DNA of 63,325 bases, filler included, from Catajapyx aquilonaris (Eukaryota), in assembly GCA_000934665.2 (NCBI GenBank). It is 2 parts of 2 records of this genome, joined end to end, with 100 filler letters (N's around TTAATTAATTAA, not from the genome) between each part and the next. Parts side by side here need not be neighbours in the genome. Positions count along the whole stretch, not along the records: positions 31,721 to 63,325 come from JYFJ02004509.1; 1 more part is not named here. One strand, given 5' to 3'. The position numbers and the translations under genes are program-made. How positions within the stretch are numbered: position 1 is the stretch's first letter; every line of letters begins with the position of its first letter. The notes under the pieces were generated by a model. The model saw nothing but the letters and a program-made list of their open reading frames with translations, was not told the origin of the DNA and did no database searches. Shown here one piece after another: positions 38,409 to 52,080 of this stretch.

Positions 38409-39961
38409 GTAAGGTGATGTACATGGAATTTTGATCTACGGTAGCACTATTATGGCACTAATGTTCTTTACTAGCACTATATGAGCATTTATCACAGACC
38501 CAACAAAGGGCCCAAGTCTTGCATGGAAAGTTTTCCGTCAGACAAAATATATAACTACATAATTATGTATTTATTTAAAAAATTAAAACCTTTTTTTTAC
38601 ACTGCATGAGTTGGCCTTGAGTTTTACACACTTATAATTTTATGCATTTAACTACACTTTGGCAAAATGGTGACCTTGGCAATTGTGTAATTCAATGGTT
38701 CAGTTGTATGCGTTACTGCATAGCATGTTACATCTGTGTGCCCGCATTTTCTCACTTTTTATGTAGGCCCCTAATAGTAGTAATACAGCTTCTTTTAGAC
38801 GGAGAAAACAACCACTTGTTATGTGAGTGATCACTCTGAGATCGATTGAAGCGAAATAAATACTTCCTTACTCCAGTGAATACCGTTATTGGAGATTTTG
38901 CAATGCTTCTAATCAAGTTACGTGTTTGTAATAATACATTTCTTAATTGGCCTTTAGTTACATGAAAGGTAGCGCGGGACGAAAATACCTGGGATAGAGC
39001 AATTGAAATTTTCTGAAATTCTCTCTCGCTCCTATAGCATCATAAAAATAGTTTTCTACCACTTGAAATATCAACTTGAAGTTTCGGCAGTCATTGCTGC
39101 GTTCTTTTCAATGTTGTAATTGTTGCTGCATAATTAATATTAGCCTAATATTGGGATAGAAAGTTTTCATATCTAATTTAGTAGTATTAACTTATATCAA
39201 TTCTGGACGAAATTGAAACAATGTTAGAAAGTAAGGCAGATAATTTGTGTAGACACCTACTTGAAAGTGCTTACTAAAACTTGAATGCTAGCATTGAAAA
39301 ACAGAGTTCCTGAGCTGAAATGCAGTGGTCAGAATATTACACAATCGCAATTTTTCAAGTTTCAAATATAGATAACCACAGAAGGTCCTATAAATATAAA
39401 ATAAATTTAATTGCCATTTTTATGACCTTGATAGGTAACATTACATGTGTGTGTATTTTTGAGTGAAATACTTTTCACTATAAGTGACATTTAATGCACT
39501 TAATAATTATTGCGCAATACTTTTTGCACCATATGGCAATCCTTCAGTATGGGGTATTACTTTGGGATAAATCATCAAGTTCATTAGATGTCATTTTTAG
39601 TAAAAAAATATACCATTTAAAAAATTGGGCATCATCTACCAGTATTTTAAAAAATTGAATTCAGGTTCCTGATGGTAACTTTGAAACTGGAAAAACTGCA
39701 AATTAGCAGCTCTTTAATCCCAAAATGTCAGATCTATATCACTGGTTTGCAGTAGTGAATTTTACCTTATCAAGCACCATTTGCTCCCAAAAAAACATGG
39801 TATGCTGCGTCACATTTTGACAGAAAATTCGTGTCACCATAAATATTGCCTATTATGATAGGAAAATGTAAAACAAACCACGATATGAATATTGTTGCGC
39901 ATTTTAAAAATCAAAACTGGATATCACAATAATATAATGCTGAACTCTTTATTTTGTTCAG

Positions 39962-40174
39962 GGTGCGGCGCCATATTTCCAGCAAGTGGCTGGCTGGAAG
40001 CTGAGTGCGCCCTTCGTCAACATGATCATCCGAGGCTTCGATGAGCGGCTCTTTATCACCAAGAGTGTCCGTGAACTCATTTTCGGAGGTTACCACGAGC
40101 CGCTTCTGGCCCAAGCTCAGTTGCTAGGCGCTATGACCATCCTGAAGGACAACAAGTTCGGTTTCTTCAACACG
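39962..40174 (+). CDS. CD36-family gene 1, exon 4
   Basis: LFITKSVRELIFGGYHEPLL...KFGFF; canonical splice sites. Confidence 0.92.
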
Positions 40175-40675
40175 GTAACTACTTTTTTTTCTGATGCTTC
40201 ACCATTAATATTCTGGAATATACAACACATTCCAGAGTATCAAATCCCTTCAGGCTGTTCCTAGTTAATGGATGAATTTTTACCATCTATATTCACACTG
40301 ATAGGTCAGTTTAGTCATCAGCGATATGAATCTCCGTTTTAATAATCAGGTTAGCTATACATATGACGTATCAGAATGTTTCTGATACGCATTTATATTT
40401 TTGTTTCAATTTTTAGCGCGGATGTTTCGGTGAGTTATGTCGCAATTGCACCTGTATTCAAAATGGTTTTCATAAGCTAAATGCGTCATATTAAGTATCA
40501 TTTTGACACTTCAGATAGGATTCACTTTCTCAGTAGACACAATTGCCACTAAATTTGGTCATCAGCTTAAACACTAATAAATTAATGACAGTTTCAAAAA
40601 CCTTAGCCTTTTCATTTGACAATCATGTTTTATTGGAACCTAACCCTAATCTCGAATATATTTATTTATTTGCAG

Positions 40676-40884
40676 AAAAATGCCACTAAGGATGGTCCCT
40701 TCACGGTTCACAGCGGAAACAGAGATATAACCCATATGTTCCATATTCAAGACTACAAGGGATCACGGTTCACCCACAAGTGGAACGGAACGTGTGACAT
40801 GATCAACGGTACAGATGGTACCATGTTCGCTCCTTTCCTTACAAGGGACCAGAAGGTGCACCTGTTCGAGACCGACGCCTGTAG
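40676..40884 (+). CDS. CD36-family gene 1, exon 5
   Basis: CDMINGTDGTMFAPF...FETDACR signature. Confidence 0.94.
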
Positions 40885-41022
40885 GTGAGTTGTGTGGTCA
40901 CTCGACCTTGAAATTTAAGGGTGGAGGCATGTCATAGCTGGCGAAAAAGAAAAGGAAAGAAGAAGAAGAAAGAAAGAAAGAAAGAAAAAACAACCAAAGG
41001 TCTATATATTCCGGTATTTCAG

Positions 41023-41326
41023 GTCGGTTCACCTTACATACGAAAAAGACGCCAGCTACGCAGGAATACCAACCTACAGGTACACTCTTCCGGGCTCGAT
41101 TTGGGACTCCGCCACTGACAATCCTGATAACGCCTGCTTCTGTCAAACTCCAAATAACGTGGAAAATTGCCCTCCAAGGGGGCTGATCGACATTACCAAC
41201 TGTCGTGGTATTGAGTCATACATATCTAATCCACACTTCCTGGATTCTGACCCTTCTCTGCAAAATGGTGTTGAAGGTCTACATCCGGACGAGGACAAAC
41301 ACAAGACGTTCGCCGAAATCGAACCG
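41023..41326 (+). CDS. CD36-family gene 1, exon 6
   Basis: NPDNACFC...CPPRGLIDITNC...SNPHFL...EIEP. Confidence 0.93.
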
Positions 41327-41562
41327 GTAATTGTTTTAATTGGCGTAACACCCTTTCGTAATTTCAAGGTGAGGAAGGAATCACGGAAAACAACCTTACG
41401 ACGAAAATCTAGTCTGACCGCGTATATATATGGATGTCCCGAGATATTTTTGAACCACCTGTTCGATCGAGTGATTCATCCTATGTATATTGCGAAATTG
41501 CACGGCATTGCCTTGCATATAGATCAACGCAATTAACACGGCCTTTTTTTTCAATATTACAG

Positions 41563-41688
41563 GTGCTTGGAGTTATTGTGAAGGCCAGGAAAAGCATCCA
41601 GCTCAATGTTCAGTTGAAGCCACACATGGATTTGGCGGACTTGAGAAAAGTTCGTGAGGTCGTGTTTCCAGTCCTGTGGTTTAGTGAG
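41563..41688 (+). CDS. CD36-family gene 1, exon 7
   Basis: KARKSIQLNV...VVFPVLWFSE; 126 nt. Confidence 0.92.
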
Positions 41689-41998
41689 GTAAGTTGAGCT
41701 TAATATTTTTAAAATCTACCACAGCCTAATGTCGTTGTCATTGAGGATATTGGGAACGTCTCGTGTAATACATCTCTAAATACCTATACAATGAGTGAAA
41801 ACTCAAGTTTATGCCTGAGCCGAAACAGAAGTAACAATCATTACCTCTGTTTAAAATGGAAATGAGAAATTTGAATGAGCATTATGTAGACGTATAGCCT
41901 ATTAGCAAAGATTTCACTCTGCATGTTTGATCTCTCTATATCCAATATTTCAAACAATTGTATGCAAATAGTTAAATGTGCCATTTTTCTATTCGCAG

Positions 41999-42163
41999 GA
42001 AGTGTTACTAAGTGACCAATACGTCGATCTTGTACACAGGAAATGGGTGCTGCCGAACACCATAATGACTTGTCTATATTGGATTATTCTGGTGATAGGC
42101 GCAGCCACCTTGGCTTGTGGTATCGCTGTGTGGAGGATACAATCTAATACCAGATTAAACGAA
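41999..42163 (+). CDS. CD36-family gene 1, exon 8 (C-terminal TM helix)
   Basis: LYWIILVIGAATLACGIAVW hydrophobic segment; GAA|GTAAGT donor. Confidence 0.85.
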
Positions 42164-42272
42164 GTAAGTTCATTTTATGCGACTATACTTAATAATGACT
42201 TTACGACGTTCACCCCGACGAATGAAAACTAGTTTATTATAAAGGGTAATAATACGTGTTTCTATTTTTCAG

Positions 42273-42338
42273 AAAGCATTTCCGGCGGGAATGTACAAGT
42301 ATCTTCCGGCACCATTTGTGATCACCACTAAAGAGTAA
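42273..42338 (+). CDS. CD36-family gene 1, probable exon 9 (cytoplasmic tail to TAA)
   Basis: tttctatttttcag acceptor; phase 0; KAFPAGMYKYLPAPFVITTKE*. Total about 509 aa. Confidence 0.6.
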   Translation, partial: KAFPAGMYKYLPAPFVITTKE

Positions 42339-42378
42339 TCCAAAGCTCTTATGAGGATATTTAAATCGCTCATAGGGG

Positions 42379-42727
42379 CAGGGCCGGATTTTCCCCATCC
42401 CGGAATTCGCCTTGCTCTCCTCGGAAGTCCTGGGGCAGTGTTCGCCCCTCACCTCCCATTCTACACGATAATGATCGCATGTTCTCGAGAGGCCTTCTGT
42501 TCAACAAGGGGGGAAATGTTGTGTAATGTTTCAACCCAGTTTGCATAATTTTTAAGAAGAAATGTCTCCACGTGCGTAACTATAGCGTGCAGGACCACTG
42601 TTGCCGCTGGCGTGACTGTATACCTAGGTTTCTATTGCTGCTACACAAATGGAGAGAAATACCAAGGGCGACCTCTCCTAATTCATGGCCTTTTCCGCTC
42701 GCAATAGTAGGCCTAAATCCGGCCCTG
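42379..42727. mobile_element. hAT-type MITE just 3' of CD36 gene 1
   Basis: TIRs CAGGGCCGGATTT / AAATCCGGCCCTG; imperfect 8-bp TSD CATAGGGG / CATAGGAC. Confidence 0.75.
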
Positions 42728-43390
42728 CATAGGACAGTATTATAAGCAAAAGCTGTGAAGTTGTGTTCATAAGAATTGTTAACGTTAATTTTTTACTTGT
42801 AAGTTAGTCGATTGTTATCATGACAATAGACCTTGTAACAAGCAATATTTAATTAATTCTTCTTGATCATGCGTTTTTGTCATGTGTTCATGAAGAAAAG
42901 TAATAATAAAGTGTTACCATGTACGACTCGAATTTTATTTACCGTACATAATTTTATCAAGACAAAAATACATTATGTAGTCCTTTAAACGAAAGAATGG
43001 TCTGACGTCACAGAAGCAGTGTTTTTCTGATCATGCGCAGCAGTGATTCGAGGACGTGATAGGAGGGTAGAGCCGGGTGGAGGCGGGCTGAACGTGACGT
43101 CAGACCATTCTCTCGTTTCAAGAACTGTAGCAGTTTTAGCCCCAGACAGCTGTAGACTTAATTGGACAATACACGCGTTGCATAATTATGTCACTGTTAC
43201 ATAATAGTCAATATTCAATTTGATACTTGAAGCGAATTAGTAAAATAAAAATTGTTTTAAGGCCGCAGCATGTTCTAGCCATCCCTGACTCACCCGGTAG
43301 GGGTCTGGAATATAATACTGACCTTGTACTAGGTAAAAGTTATTTACCTTCATAATATAGCAATGCTGACAAACATGACTACTTTATCTG

Positions 43391-43952
43391 CATTTTATGG
43401 CACTACGTTCATCAATCTCACACACTGTCAGTTTTAGGCGGTATGGTTTAGTTGAAATCACAGTTTTATTAATATCCCCATTTCATATATCCATAGTCTA
43501 ACATCGCTGGCTGCCCCTTATATAAAGGGAAATGTCGTGATGGTGTTGATTGATTGATTGATGTAACCAGAACATGCGATGCTCTTGCTCAGATGCGCCA
43601 CAGCGTGTGGTGTGGATGACTTTAAGAGTATAATTTATGTAATATTAGAGAAAAAATTGCAGCTCTTACTATAAATGTCTAGTAAGAGCTGCAATTTTTT
43701 CTCTAATATTACATCAATTATACTCTTAAAGTCATCCACATACGCTGTGGCGCATCTGAGCAAGAGCCTCGCATGTTCTGGTTACATCAATCAATCAATC
43801 AACACCATCACGACATTTCCCTTTATATAAGGAGCCGCCATCGATGTTATGGATATATGAAATGGGGATATTAATAAAACTGTGATTTCAACTAAATCAT
43901 ATCGCCTAAAACGGACAGTGTGTGTGATTGATGAACGTAGTGCCATAAAATG
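43391..43952. repeat. Long palindrome / fold-back with arms of about 280 bp and an 8-nt spacer
   Basis: CATTTTATGGCACTACG...AGCTCTTACTA taaatgtc TAGTAAGAGCT...CGTAGTGCCATAAAATG. Confidence 0.9.
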
Positions 43953-45747
43953 TGTATGTGCAACCGTGTGTGCAACACACACAGAAAATTTTGAAAACAC
44001 GTCATTTACATTAAGCTTACGCGAAGAATATACATGAAAGCCTATATAGTTGCGTAATTTTCTCTTCCTAAAACAGATTTTGCACAGTAAAGACCTGCAA
44101 AGTTTACAACAAAATAGTATAGTATACGATAATGCTATGGGGATGACACTTCATTATTTTATTCCCTAAATGATTATTTCACCTCTTACGCAATGACGGC
44201 GCGACGTGACAAGAATTGCACCATTTTTATCCCACAAAGGCCGTAACTGCATCGCAGTACAATCAACTTTTGCTCATCCAGCTCAATTAGCTGTCACAGC
44301 AGGTTGCTGCAATCTAATTATTGAGATGGACAAGCAATACTTGACCTTACTGCCTTTTATGAAGCTTTTTTTTCGTAAGGCCTCAGAGTTGAAGACTTGA
44401 CATTCGGAACGATCAGTCATATTTTAATCGAGAAAAATGTTAGGCAATGAGCAATAGAGTCCTTGAAGCATAATTTCTGGCGGTAAAGTCTGTTTCTGAC
44501 TAGCGTTAAAGCACAACGATTTTTAGTGGAAGTTGTTCGTAATAGTGTAAGAGGATTAATTGGAGGCACAGTTTTGTCCTGTACAGCCTTGTATTGTGGA
44601 AATAAGCATTTGAAATTTTCAATTTTGCAATAAATTTTTCTGGTTTAATATCTCCACAGGAGACGGCAGATAAATTTCGTCTATTATTCTCGAACAATGT
44701 TAAATAATGTCCGATTTTTAAAGTTGCACATATTGTTCATCAAGGGTGATGGCTGGTGAATACGACCGTTTTGGAGGGAAAAAATTACCATCCTATTATG
44801 TAGTATGGCTATGAACATAAGAGGAGCTCCCAAGCAAAATCAGCTTTATTTTAAAATGAGTTTGAAGTGGCATTGGATTCTCCAGGTTGTCCTCTACCTA
44901 GTACCCAAATATGGTGTAGCACAGCTCACAGCCACACAGAAATTGGTGTAAATTAGCTCCAAATATGCGTGTCCTAAGCAAAAGTAGCTAAATCCAGGCT
45001 AAATCCAAGCCATGAAATTCGTTTGTTTCACGCAAAAGCAGCTAGGTCAAAGTTTGTGTGCATATCAAGCCAGCTCAAATGCGATAAATTTTCCATAATG
45101 TCAAATGTACCAATTTGAGTTTTTTTCCGTATCTATATGAAACATATACATGATACTGTCTCAGGAGTGGTGGAATCAGCATTTTAACACTCTTCATATC
45201 ATTGTTTAATAATATTTTTTGTGGAAAAATACTGTACTATTTTTCAAGCAAAACCAGCTATATCCAAACCGACCTCTAAATTTGTGACTAAACTATACCA
45301 ATCCACGTTATCGATAGTACAGTAAATGCAGAATAAGTAGTTGATGCAGTTCACATTTGTTAAGAATTTGTTGCATGCTCTAAAAGTCTAATATCCTCCT
45401 GAGACCCCTGGTACAGTATACTGTACCTTTGTTTTTTCCAGCACCCGTTTGACTAACTCAAACGCGTAAAAAAACCAAAAACAAAGGTACAGTATACTGT
45501 ACTCCGGGTCTCAGATGAGCATCATAGCAGAGAGAGAGGATGTTCAAAAGGGAGGACTATTCTGCTGATCATTTGACATTCGACCTTGGCCCTGGGCATA
45601 GAAGGGACTAATAATCAGCTCGGACACATTGGATAGAGATCAGGGAGAGTCCGGATGGCCACATCATATTGCAAAATGTTCTCACCACAATGACACTGTA
45701 TTTCGCCACTGCATTACTGCATGTAATAAGTTAATGTTGTTGCCGCT

Positions 45748-45750
<3 letters not shown>

Positions 45751-45815
<65 letters not shown>
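45751..45815 (+). repeat. (AAT)n microsatellite
   Basis: Direct reading. Confidence 0.9.
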
Positions 45816-45818
<3 letters not shown>

Positions 45819-46397
45819 CAACAATTTGAAGGAAAACCAGTGACAGAAGAGAGGACGGCAGTCCCAATGAAAAAAAGGACTAAGAATGATTATACCTGTG
45901 GCGTATTCAAGGTCCTAAAAGTTCAGGGTTTCAAAATTCCCACACGCTTGAACACAGGGGGAGAATATCATTAGTTTCATTTCTATACGACTTGTTTCAT
46001 GCTCCATAGCATATTATTATAATAAAAATAATTTTGCTTTGTTTGACTCCCTAAAAATTCGAGGTCATGAAATAAAGTACTGCATGCTCTCTGGTGGGAT
46101 TGAACTGACAGAATAACAATATTAAAGATTAAGTCATATATCACACGCTATTTTTGCTTGCAATTTTCCCGCAGCAACTCGTAATACTGTAATAATTCGC
46201 CACCTGAAATTGCTAGTAAGAATGGAATATTGCACTGTCATGTAACTTGTTTCTAAAAAAGGATCATGCCAGGTTTATTTTTATGACTTTCTGATATGTC
46301 AAAAATAGCAGAGAATAAGTGAACGATCTTTATTTTTCTAATGTAACAACAAATATTATTATTATTATTATTAAAACCTATATTACATGCACTTATA

Positions 46398-46988
46398 CAG
46401 GGTGTTTCACTAGGTAGTCTCCCGAAAGAACCAGCTGTATTTTTCTTCCCACTCAACCTAGAAACATGAGGTTTGTTCTAAAATGTACCTTAGTTCATGA
46501 GGATGTAGAGCTATTCAAAATATAAGCTATACTTGACCTTGAACGACGAATCTCCTTTATTAGAGAAGGTCCTCCCCAGCATATCTACATCAACAGTCCA
46601 GATTGCTGCATTGACAGCAGATTGACAGTGAGTGTTTTGGACCAATACAATGCAATGGGAGATGACCTCCTTTAGAGGAATAAAAAAATAACATCGAAAA
46701 AGTGAAGCACACTCACACTGGGAAAGCAACATCAGTGCATCAATTCAGATTGTTGATGTTGATATGCTGGGGAGGACCTTCGATATAATAAGGGTATTAG
46801 CGTAGTGTCTCGTTCGAGTGTGTATGGAGGTTACTGAAGGTCAATTACAGCATTTATTGCGAATAGTGCCATATTACCATGAACTAAGGTACAGTACTGT
46901 ACATTTTAAACCAATTCTCGTGTTTGTAGGTTGAGTGGGAAGAAAAATAAAGCTGGTTCTTTGGAGGACTACCTAGCGAAACACCCTG
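46398..46988. mobile_element. Tc1/mariner-type MITE
   Basis: TA|CAGGGTGTTTCACTAGGTAGTC ... GACTACCTAGCGAAACACCCTG|TA; related copy at 59303-59729. Confidence 0.85.
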
Positions 46989-49156
46989 TAAGTGTATAAC
47001 TGTCAGAAGGCAAAATGTCAAGAGGCATAAAATAGCAAGATATACATATGCATTACAATTTATTGTAACCTATCCTTCAATCTCTTACAGCAACTATGTA
47101 CCGTACTTTACAGAAACGGTAGGAAAACATGTCTATAAGTGTCGACTTCCAGTGCATATTGTAAAATAGCAGTAAGCTACAAACCGGTAACCGTAGATTG
47201 TTGTTAACGTCACAACCTCCCACCTCAGAGGTCCCGCGTTTGATCTCCGGGCTGGACAGGGGGGAAAAAATCATGTGGAGAGAGTTTATGTGAGTTATGT
47301 CTGCATTCACGTGAGGTTTTTTTTTTTCTCAGAATGTAATCCCAACGGAAATCAACGATTAATAAAATCTAAAATTTCAGAAGAGGATCCCCTAATCTGC
47401 CCCCAATAGTCCAAAGGCCTATCTTGTGGTAACCAACTAATTAAGTTAATTTTAGATTGTCCATCCCGATTCTTACACAGCTATACTGTTTGAATTATGT
47501 CCACACTTATTATCATACTTACAAGACCACCTACCCTACAGCTACATGGAATGTCATGGTAAGTTTACGGCCAGAAATAAAACAATGTTGCTAATCAGTT
47601 TTGATAATGACTGGTTTCCCAAACAATTTGTCAAGCAACTCTCACATAAAAGCCAATGAATAGTGTTGCAGAACCTGTCATTATATCGTCATTCCTGTCA
47701 CGTTCTAACACCATCTGAATCAAGTACCAGAGCATTATAATGCCTATATCCCTTTACCTATATAAGCAGTTGATGGCGCCCAATAGTCACAGCTAAGTAA
47801 CTTATATATTATACGCCATATATTTTGTCTGAGTTCTTTCGGACGTTTACGAGAAACGACATTGAATTCATCAAGGATGCAGCTTTAATTTATCGAGTCA
47901 CTGCAGATCCATTAAGACACGTAATTTGAAAATGTCGTCATGTGACAATAAACCGCGAAAACCTCGCCTTACGTAATGGTGGGAATCACTTGAGTGACAT
48001 TGACAAAACCGGTAGAAACCTCCATCCCCGTCATCTTGACCCGATCTGACGTAATGGCGTGGCAGCAAATTGAACAGTGCCGTCCGAGCATGCCCTTCGA
48101 CAGCATCATGGCCATCTACTCTAAATGCTGCGTAGAGGATCCGACTTCATTTATCACCTGACGCGTTCGTGAGCTCCTTTATGGAAGGTTACATATTACG
48201 TCGATTTCATTGCAGGCCACATTACGGAACTGTCGGTCACTAGAGGGTCCAGCGTCGAAGGACAACCGCTTCGGAAGTTATTCAACTTGCTGAGATAATG
48301 ACAGTTGTGACGACATATTCAGGCACGTCATGCTGTGTCATTCCACGTGTTTTTGGTATAGTCACAAGACGCACGTGCTGAATGGAGCCACACTATGTCG
48401 TGTGTCATAATCTGACGTCACGGGTTTTAACTGATACAATAAAAGATAAGTTTTACCTACGTGTACAAGTGTATTTTATTATATAACAATGCCGTACATC
48501 CACTGCATGCTTAATCCATTTCATTTGTTACAATAAAATACGCTACATGTCTGCAAAACCTGCGCGTTACGAATGGACAGAATGTCTGTTTTTGCGTGGA
48601 AATGCCCAGAAGTGTTATTGAATTACCCTTGGTATCATGAGAAAGGTTCATTTAGTGGGGTCACCCCGACGGTATGGTATGACCAAATCATGTACACAGT
48701 TAAAAAGTAGTAAGCATATCTACAAGACAACACACAATGGGGACGGTTGCAACAAGTTCCTTGGAGTCGGTTGTAACATCGTAAAATCATAGGAGAAAGG
48801 TCAAATATGTGTACAGATGTTACAGATACACATCTCACATATTTCAGAGTAGAAATAGTTATTATTTTGTGCAATAAAGCCTCTTATAACCACTTAGTCG
48901 AAAATTTATATGAATAAAAATCAATTGTACGTAGGACTATATGCTGAATAATTTCCAGTGTATCGAGAGATAAAGAGTAATCTAGGTGGATCAAGTAGGC
49001 TATAAAACAATATTGTCGAGAAGGTGAGTGGGTGTAAATTGTTCTTCCATATTACATTTTCCACTTAAGACACAGTGTTATACAATCGAACACGCCCTCT
49101 GTTACAACCGCACATATGATGGGGTCGGTTGTAACACTGCATTGCCTTGGAAAAAT

Positions 49157-49158
49157 AT

Positions 49159-49213
<55 letters not shown>

Positions 49214-49216
49214 TTT
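49157..49216 (+). repeat. (ATTT)n microsatellite, possibly the tail of a minus-strand retroposon
   Basis: Direct reading; followed by TACCCC...TATGGGG, the reverse of the SINE 3' motif. Confidence 0.8.
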
Positions 49217-49681
49217 TCATTACCCCAGAAGGGCCTTATACAGCCATATGGGGAGACAGTTCCAGTAGAGGAAAAATATTTATAAATCTATCAATTTTTT
49301 ATCTTAAGATTTTATTATGATAATTTTACAAAGAGGAATGTTGCAATATTTCCCCCATGTCAAAAACCTTTGCCTAAATGCATAATTATGTAACTGAATT
49401 TTAAAAATCTAGACTAAAAAGTGTTATAACCGTCCCCGATCTCCCTTATAGAGTCAGGAAAACATAATGCATATCGATTTTCCAACTTGGGTCAACTCGG
49501 GTCAACTTGGGCACCAATCAAGTAGATGCAAGCTTGAAGTCTTGTAATTTGAGAAATAGCTCCTTACCTTAACTGGCCAGTTCAATTTCAGCAATAATAT
49601 TTTGCGACATACACCCTTCTTGGAGGGAGGGGTTCAATTATGTCGGTAACGAGGATGCGAAGACGAAAATAATGATACCTC

Positions 49682-49803
49682 CAAGGGGTTAACAACTTCG
49701 GTACTCCAGTGTAGGCCTACACCTGTAGTGGTACTCCCAGGTACCCTTGAATTTGGTACTCCAGTGTAGGCTACACTTTACAGTCGGAGTGGTTAACCCC
49801 TTG
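49682..49803. mobile_element. Short CAAGGGGTTAAC-ended element with GGTACTCC repeats; relatives at about 28026-28165 and 58000-58102
   Basis: TIR CAAGGGGTTAAC / GTTAACCCCTTG; the shared core TTGAATTTGGTACTCCAGTGT occurs at three loci. Confidence 0.7.
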
Positions 49804-50322
49804 GATACTTCTACATGCAGTGATCAGCAGGTGCGTATGAAGAGCGCATAACTTTACCCTAGATGAGGTCTCTAATTGTCTTAAATAAACATGTCATATA
49901 GCTTATTGCAAATATAAAATCGATTGTAGCCGACCTATAGTAATGATTACATCCAAAACATCAAATTTCCCCTTAAATATCTGCAGAATCATAATTACCG
50001 ACATTATGGACACTGATACAGGGAATAGAGGGTCGATAAATCGATTTTCAATTTTATAATATCGTATCGTATCGTGACTATCGTACTCTTAGGCCACGTT
50101 CTTTTCCATCTTTTATTGTTTCCGCGCGGTTTCCAAGGCGACCTTTGCGAATGTTTGGTAGCCCAAATTGATTTGGCGTGCGTCTGTTGGATCACAGGGT
50201 GAAAGTCGTTGTCCTGCCCCGTGTCTAGACTGACCACATCCCTAACCATCAGTGAAGATCCGAACGTGTACGTAAGGGCAAAGGATCAAGAGGAGCTCGA
50301 GACAGAACCTAACCCAGCATCC

Positions 50323-50469
50323 ATGGAGAACCAAGACACGCCTGTGATTGAAGGGGATCAAGGAAACAGCAAAACAAGTATGCCTATGTTGAAGAACACT
50401 TTCCAGACCGGCTTTTTGTCGGTTTTTGACAGTATGGCCAAGAATCCGCTACAGGAATGGAACCAGAAG
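50323..50469 (+). CDS. CFAP20: Divergent CFAP20/Bug22 homologue, exon 1 (21-aa extension, then MLKNTFQTGFLSVFDSMAKNPLQEWNQK)
   Basis: Matches the canonical CFAP20 start [28 protein letters not shown]. Alternative ATGs at 50380 and 50386; AAG|GTGAGG donor. Confidence 0.85.
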
Positions 50470-50600
50470 GTGAGGGAGCGACCATGGCCACAGAAGGGGC
50501 GGGTAGAGCTTAGTGGGTAGAAGACAATCAGTTTCTAACCAATATTGTACACTTTTCACCACCACTAAAAGCATGTATTGTACATTTCCGATCCCTGCAG

Positions 50601-50798
50601 GGGAGGAATGGACACATTGAGCTAACCCCAGACGAGGACATTTATCCGCAGGTGTTGGAGCTGGTGGCCACCAACGTCGCCGCCACCTGCATTACTTGCC
50701 CGGCAGATAACCACACACATGCCACCCTTGGCATAGGGCTGCCCATCTTAGTAATAATCATAAAGAAAATTTCTCCACGCGTTGCAGTAGAGGTCCAG
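50601..50798 (+). CDS. CFAP20: CFAP20-like exon 2 (GRNGHIELTPDEDIYPQVLELVATNVAATCITCPAD...TLGIGLPILVIIIKK...EVQ)
   Basis: RNGHI, ITCPAD and TLGIxLP motifs; ccctgcag acceptor; GTATAT donor; 198 nt. Absent from the ORF track. Confidence 0.9.
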
Positions 50799-51363
50799 GT
50801 ATATACATAGCTACTTTGGTATAAATACAAGTACTCTGTCGGGAGAATTCAGAATTGCTTAAGAATAACAAAGGGTATAGGCCTGTTCCAGAAAATATGC
50901 TTAGTGGGTATCAGAAAACGGAAAAGTACCGGTCCTATTGTCATAGGATTACGCCCCCTTTTCGACTGAGCCAATTTATTGCATGCGGGTTAAAGGACCA
51001 CACCTCTCTGGCTAACCTATAGTGTGAGGGTCGGTGACGTCATTTCAAAGTCACCATAATTATGACATTACATTTAAAAAATGTATTTCGTGGGTTGTTT
51101 TAAAATATGAGTTCCAGAATACACATGTCATAGTCCATGTCAGCTGAAACCATTCAAACGCTTGCATCATAATTGGTTTGTCCATTAGTACAGAACATAA
51201 TTATGTGAATACGAGTAATGTTCCATGCTTCTGGACACTGAAGTTTTTCTTCTGGGGGTGTTCCTAATGGGGGTGCGTTTTAAAAATATTCATTGTTCTG
51301 GTTGCCACGGGATATTGGTAAATAACACGGAGAAATGTAATATACAGCCTATATAATAATATT

Positions 51364-52080
51364 GGGCCGTATTCAGAGTCAACAACAAGAAGTTAGTGCA
51401 GTGCTTTAAACCACGTGATTCACTAAGAAAAGTCGTATGCAGAGTCGCGCTTTAGGCCTAGTTCGGGCCTAGTGCGGACTTAGTGCGATCCTGCTAAAGC
51501 GGTGCACTGAGGCAAAACTTAATGAACGGGACCCCCTTCTTTTGCGTCGAACTAACATCGATCGAACTAGGCAGTGGCGTAGTTTGAAAATAACTTAGCA
51601 TATTTTTAAACTGCTGCTAAGCGATTTTTGGCGCTTAATCTTCATTATTTTGTTTCCCCAGCCTGGGGAAACAAATGAAGATCGTCGCCCTGGGGATTAA
51701 ATCACGATTAAATGAAGCGCGAATGGAGATCGTCGCCCGCCGACCTCAGCTCCGATTTTTGTTGCGTAAATTCGTCATTACTAATTATTTAATCATCTAA
51801 AATGTGTTTTCAGGTCTATAAAATGCATTAAAATCGAAAAAGACATGCATCAATATTTAAAAGCCCATTCATCGCACAGACTGTGCCCGAAAACCTGCCT
51901 GTGAAATCGTGGCAACACCGCGTCTCGCTAGTGCAGTGTTCGAACCTAGTGCGCTCCTCTAAGCAGGCAGTAAGGCGACTCTGAATGAGAGCAACTAGTG
52001 TGGCGCTAATGCGGACCAAGCGTCGCACTAGTTAGTGTGGACTTTTGCGCTGCATTAGCGAACGACTCTGAATACGGCCC
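51364..52080. mobile_element. PIF/Harbinger-type MITE
   Basis: Perfect TIR GGGCCGTATTCAGAGTC / GACTCTGAATACGGCCC; 3-bp TSD ATT. Confidence 0.8.

Noticed and set aside
45629..45867. Poly-Ile ORFs
   Set aside because: Translation of the (AAT)n microsatellite.
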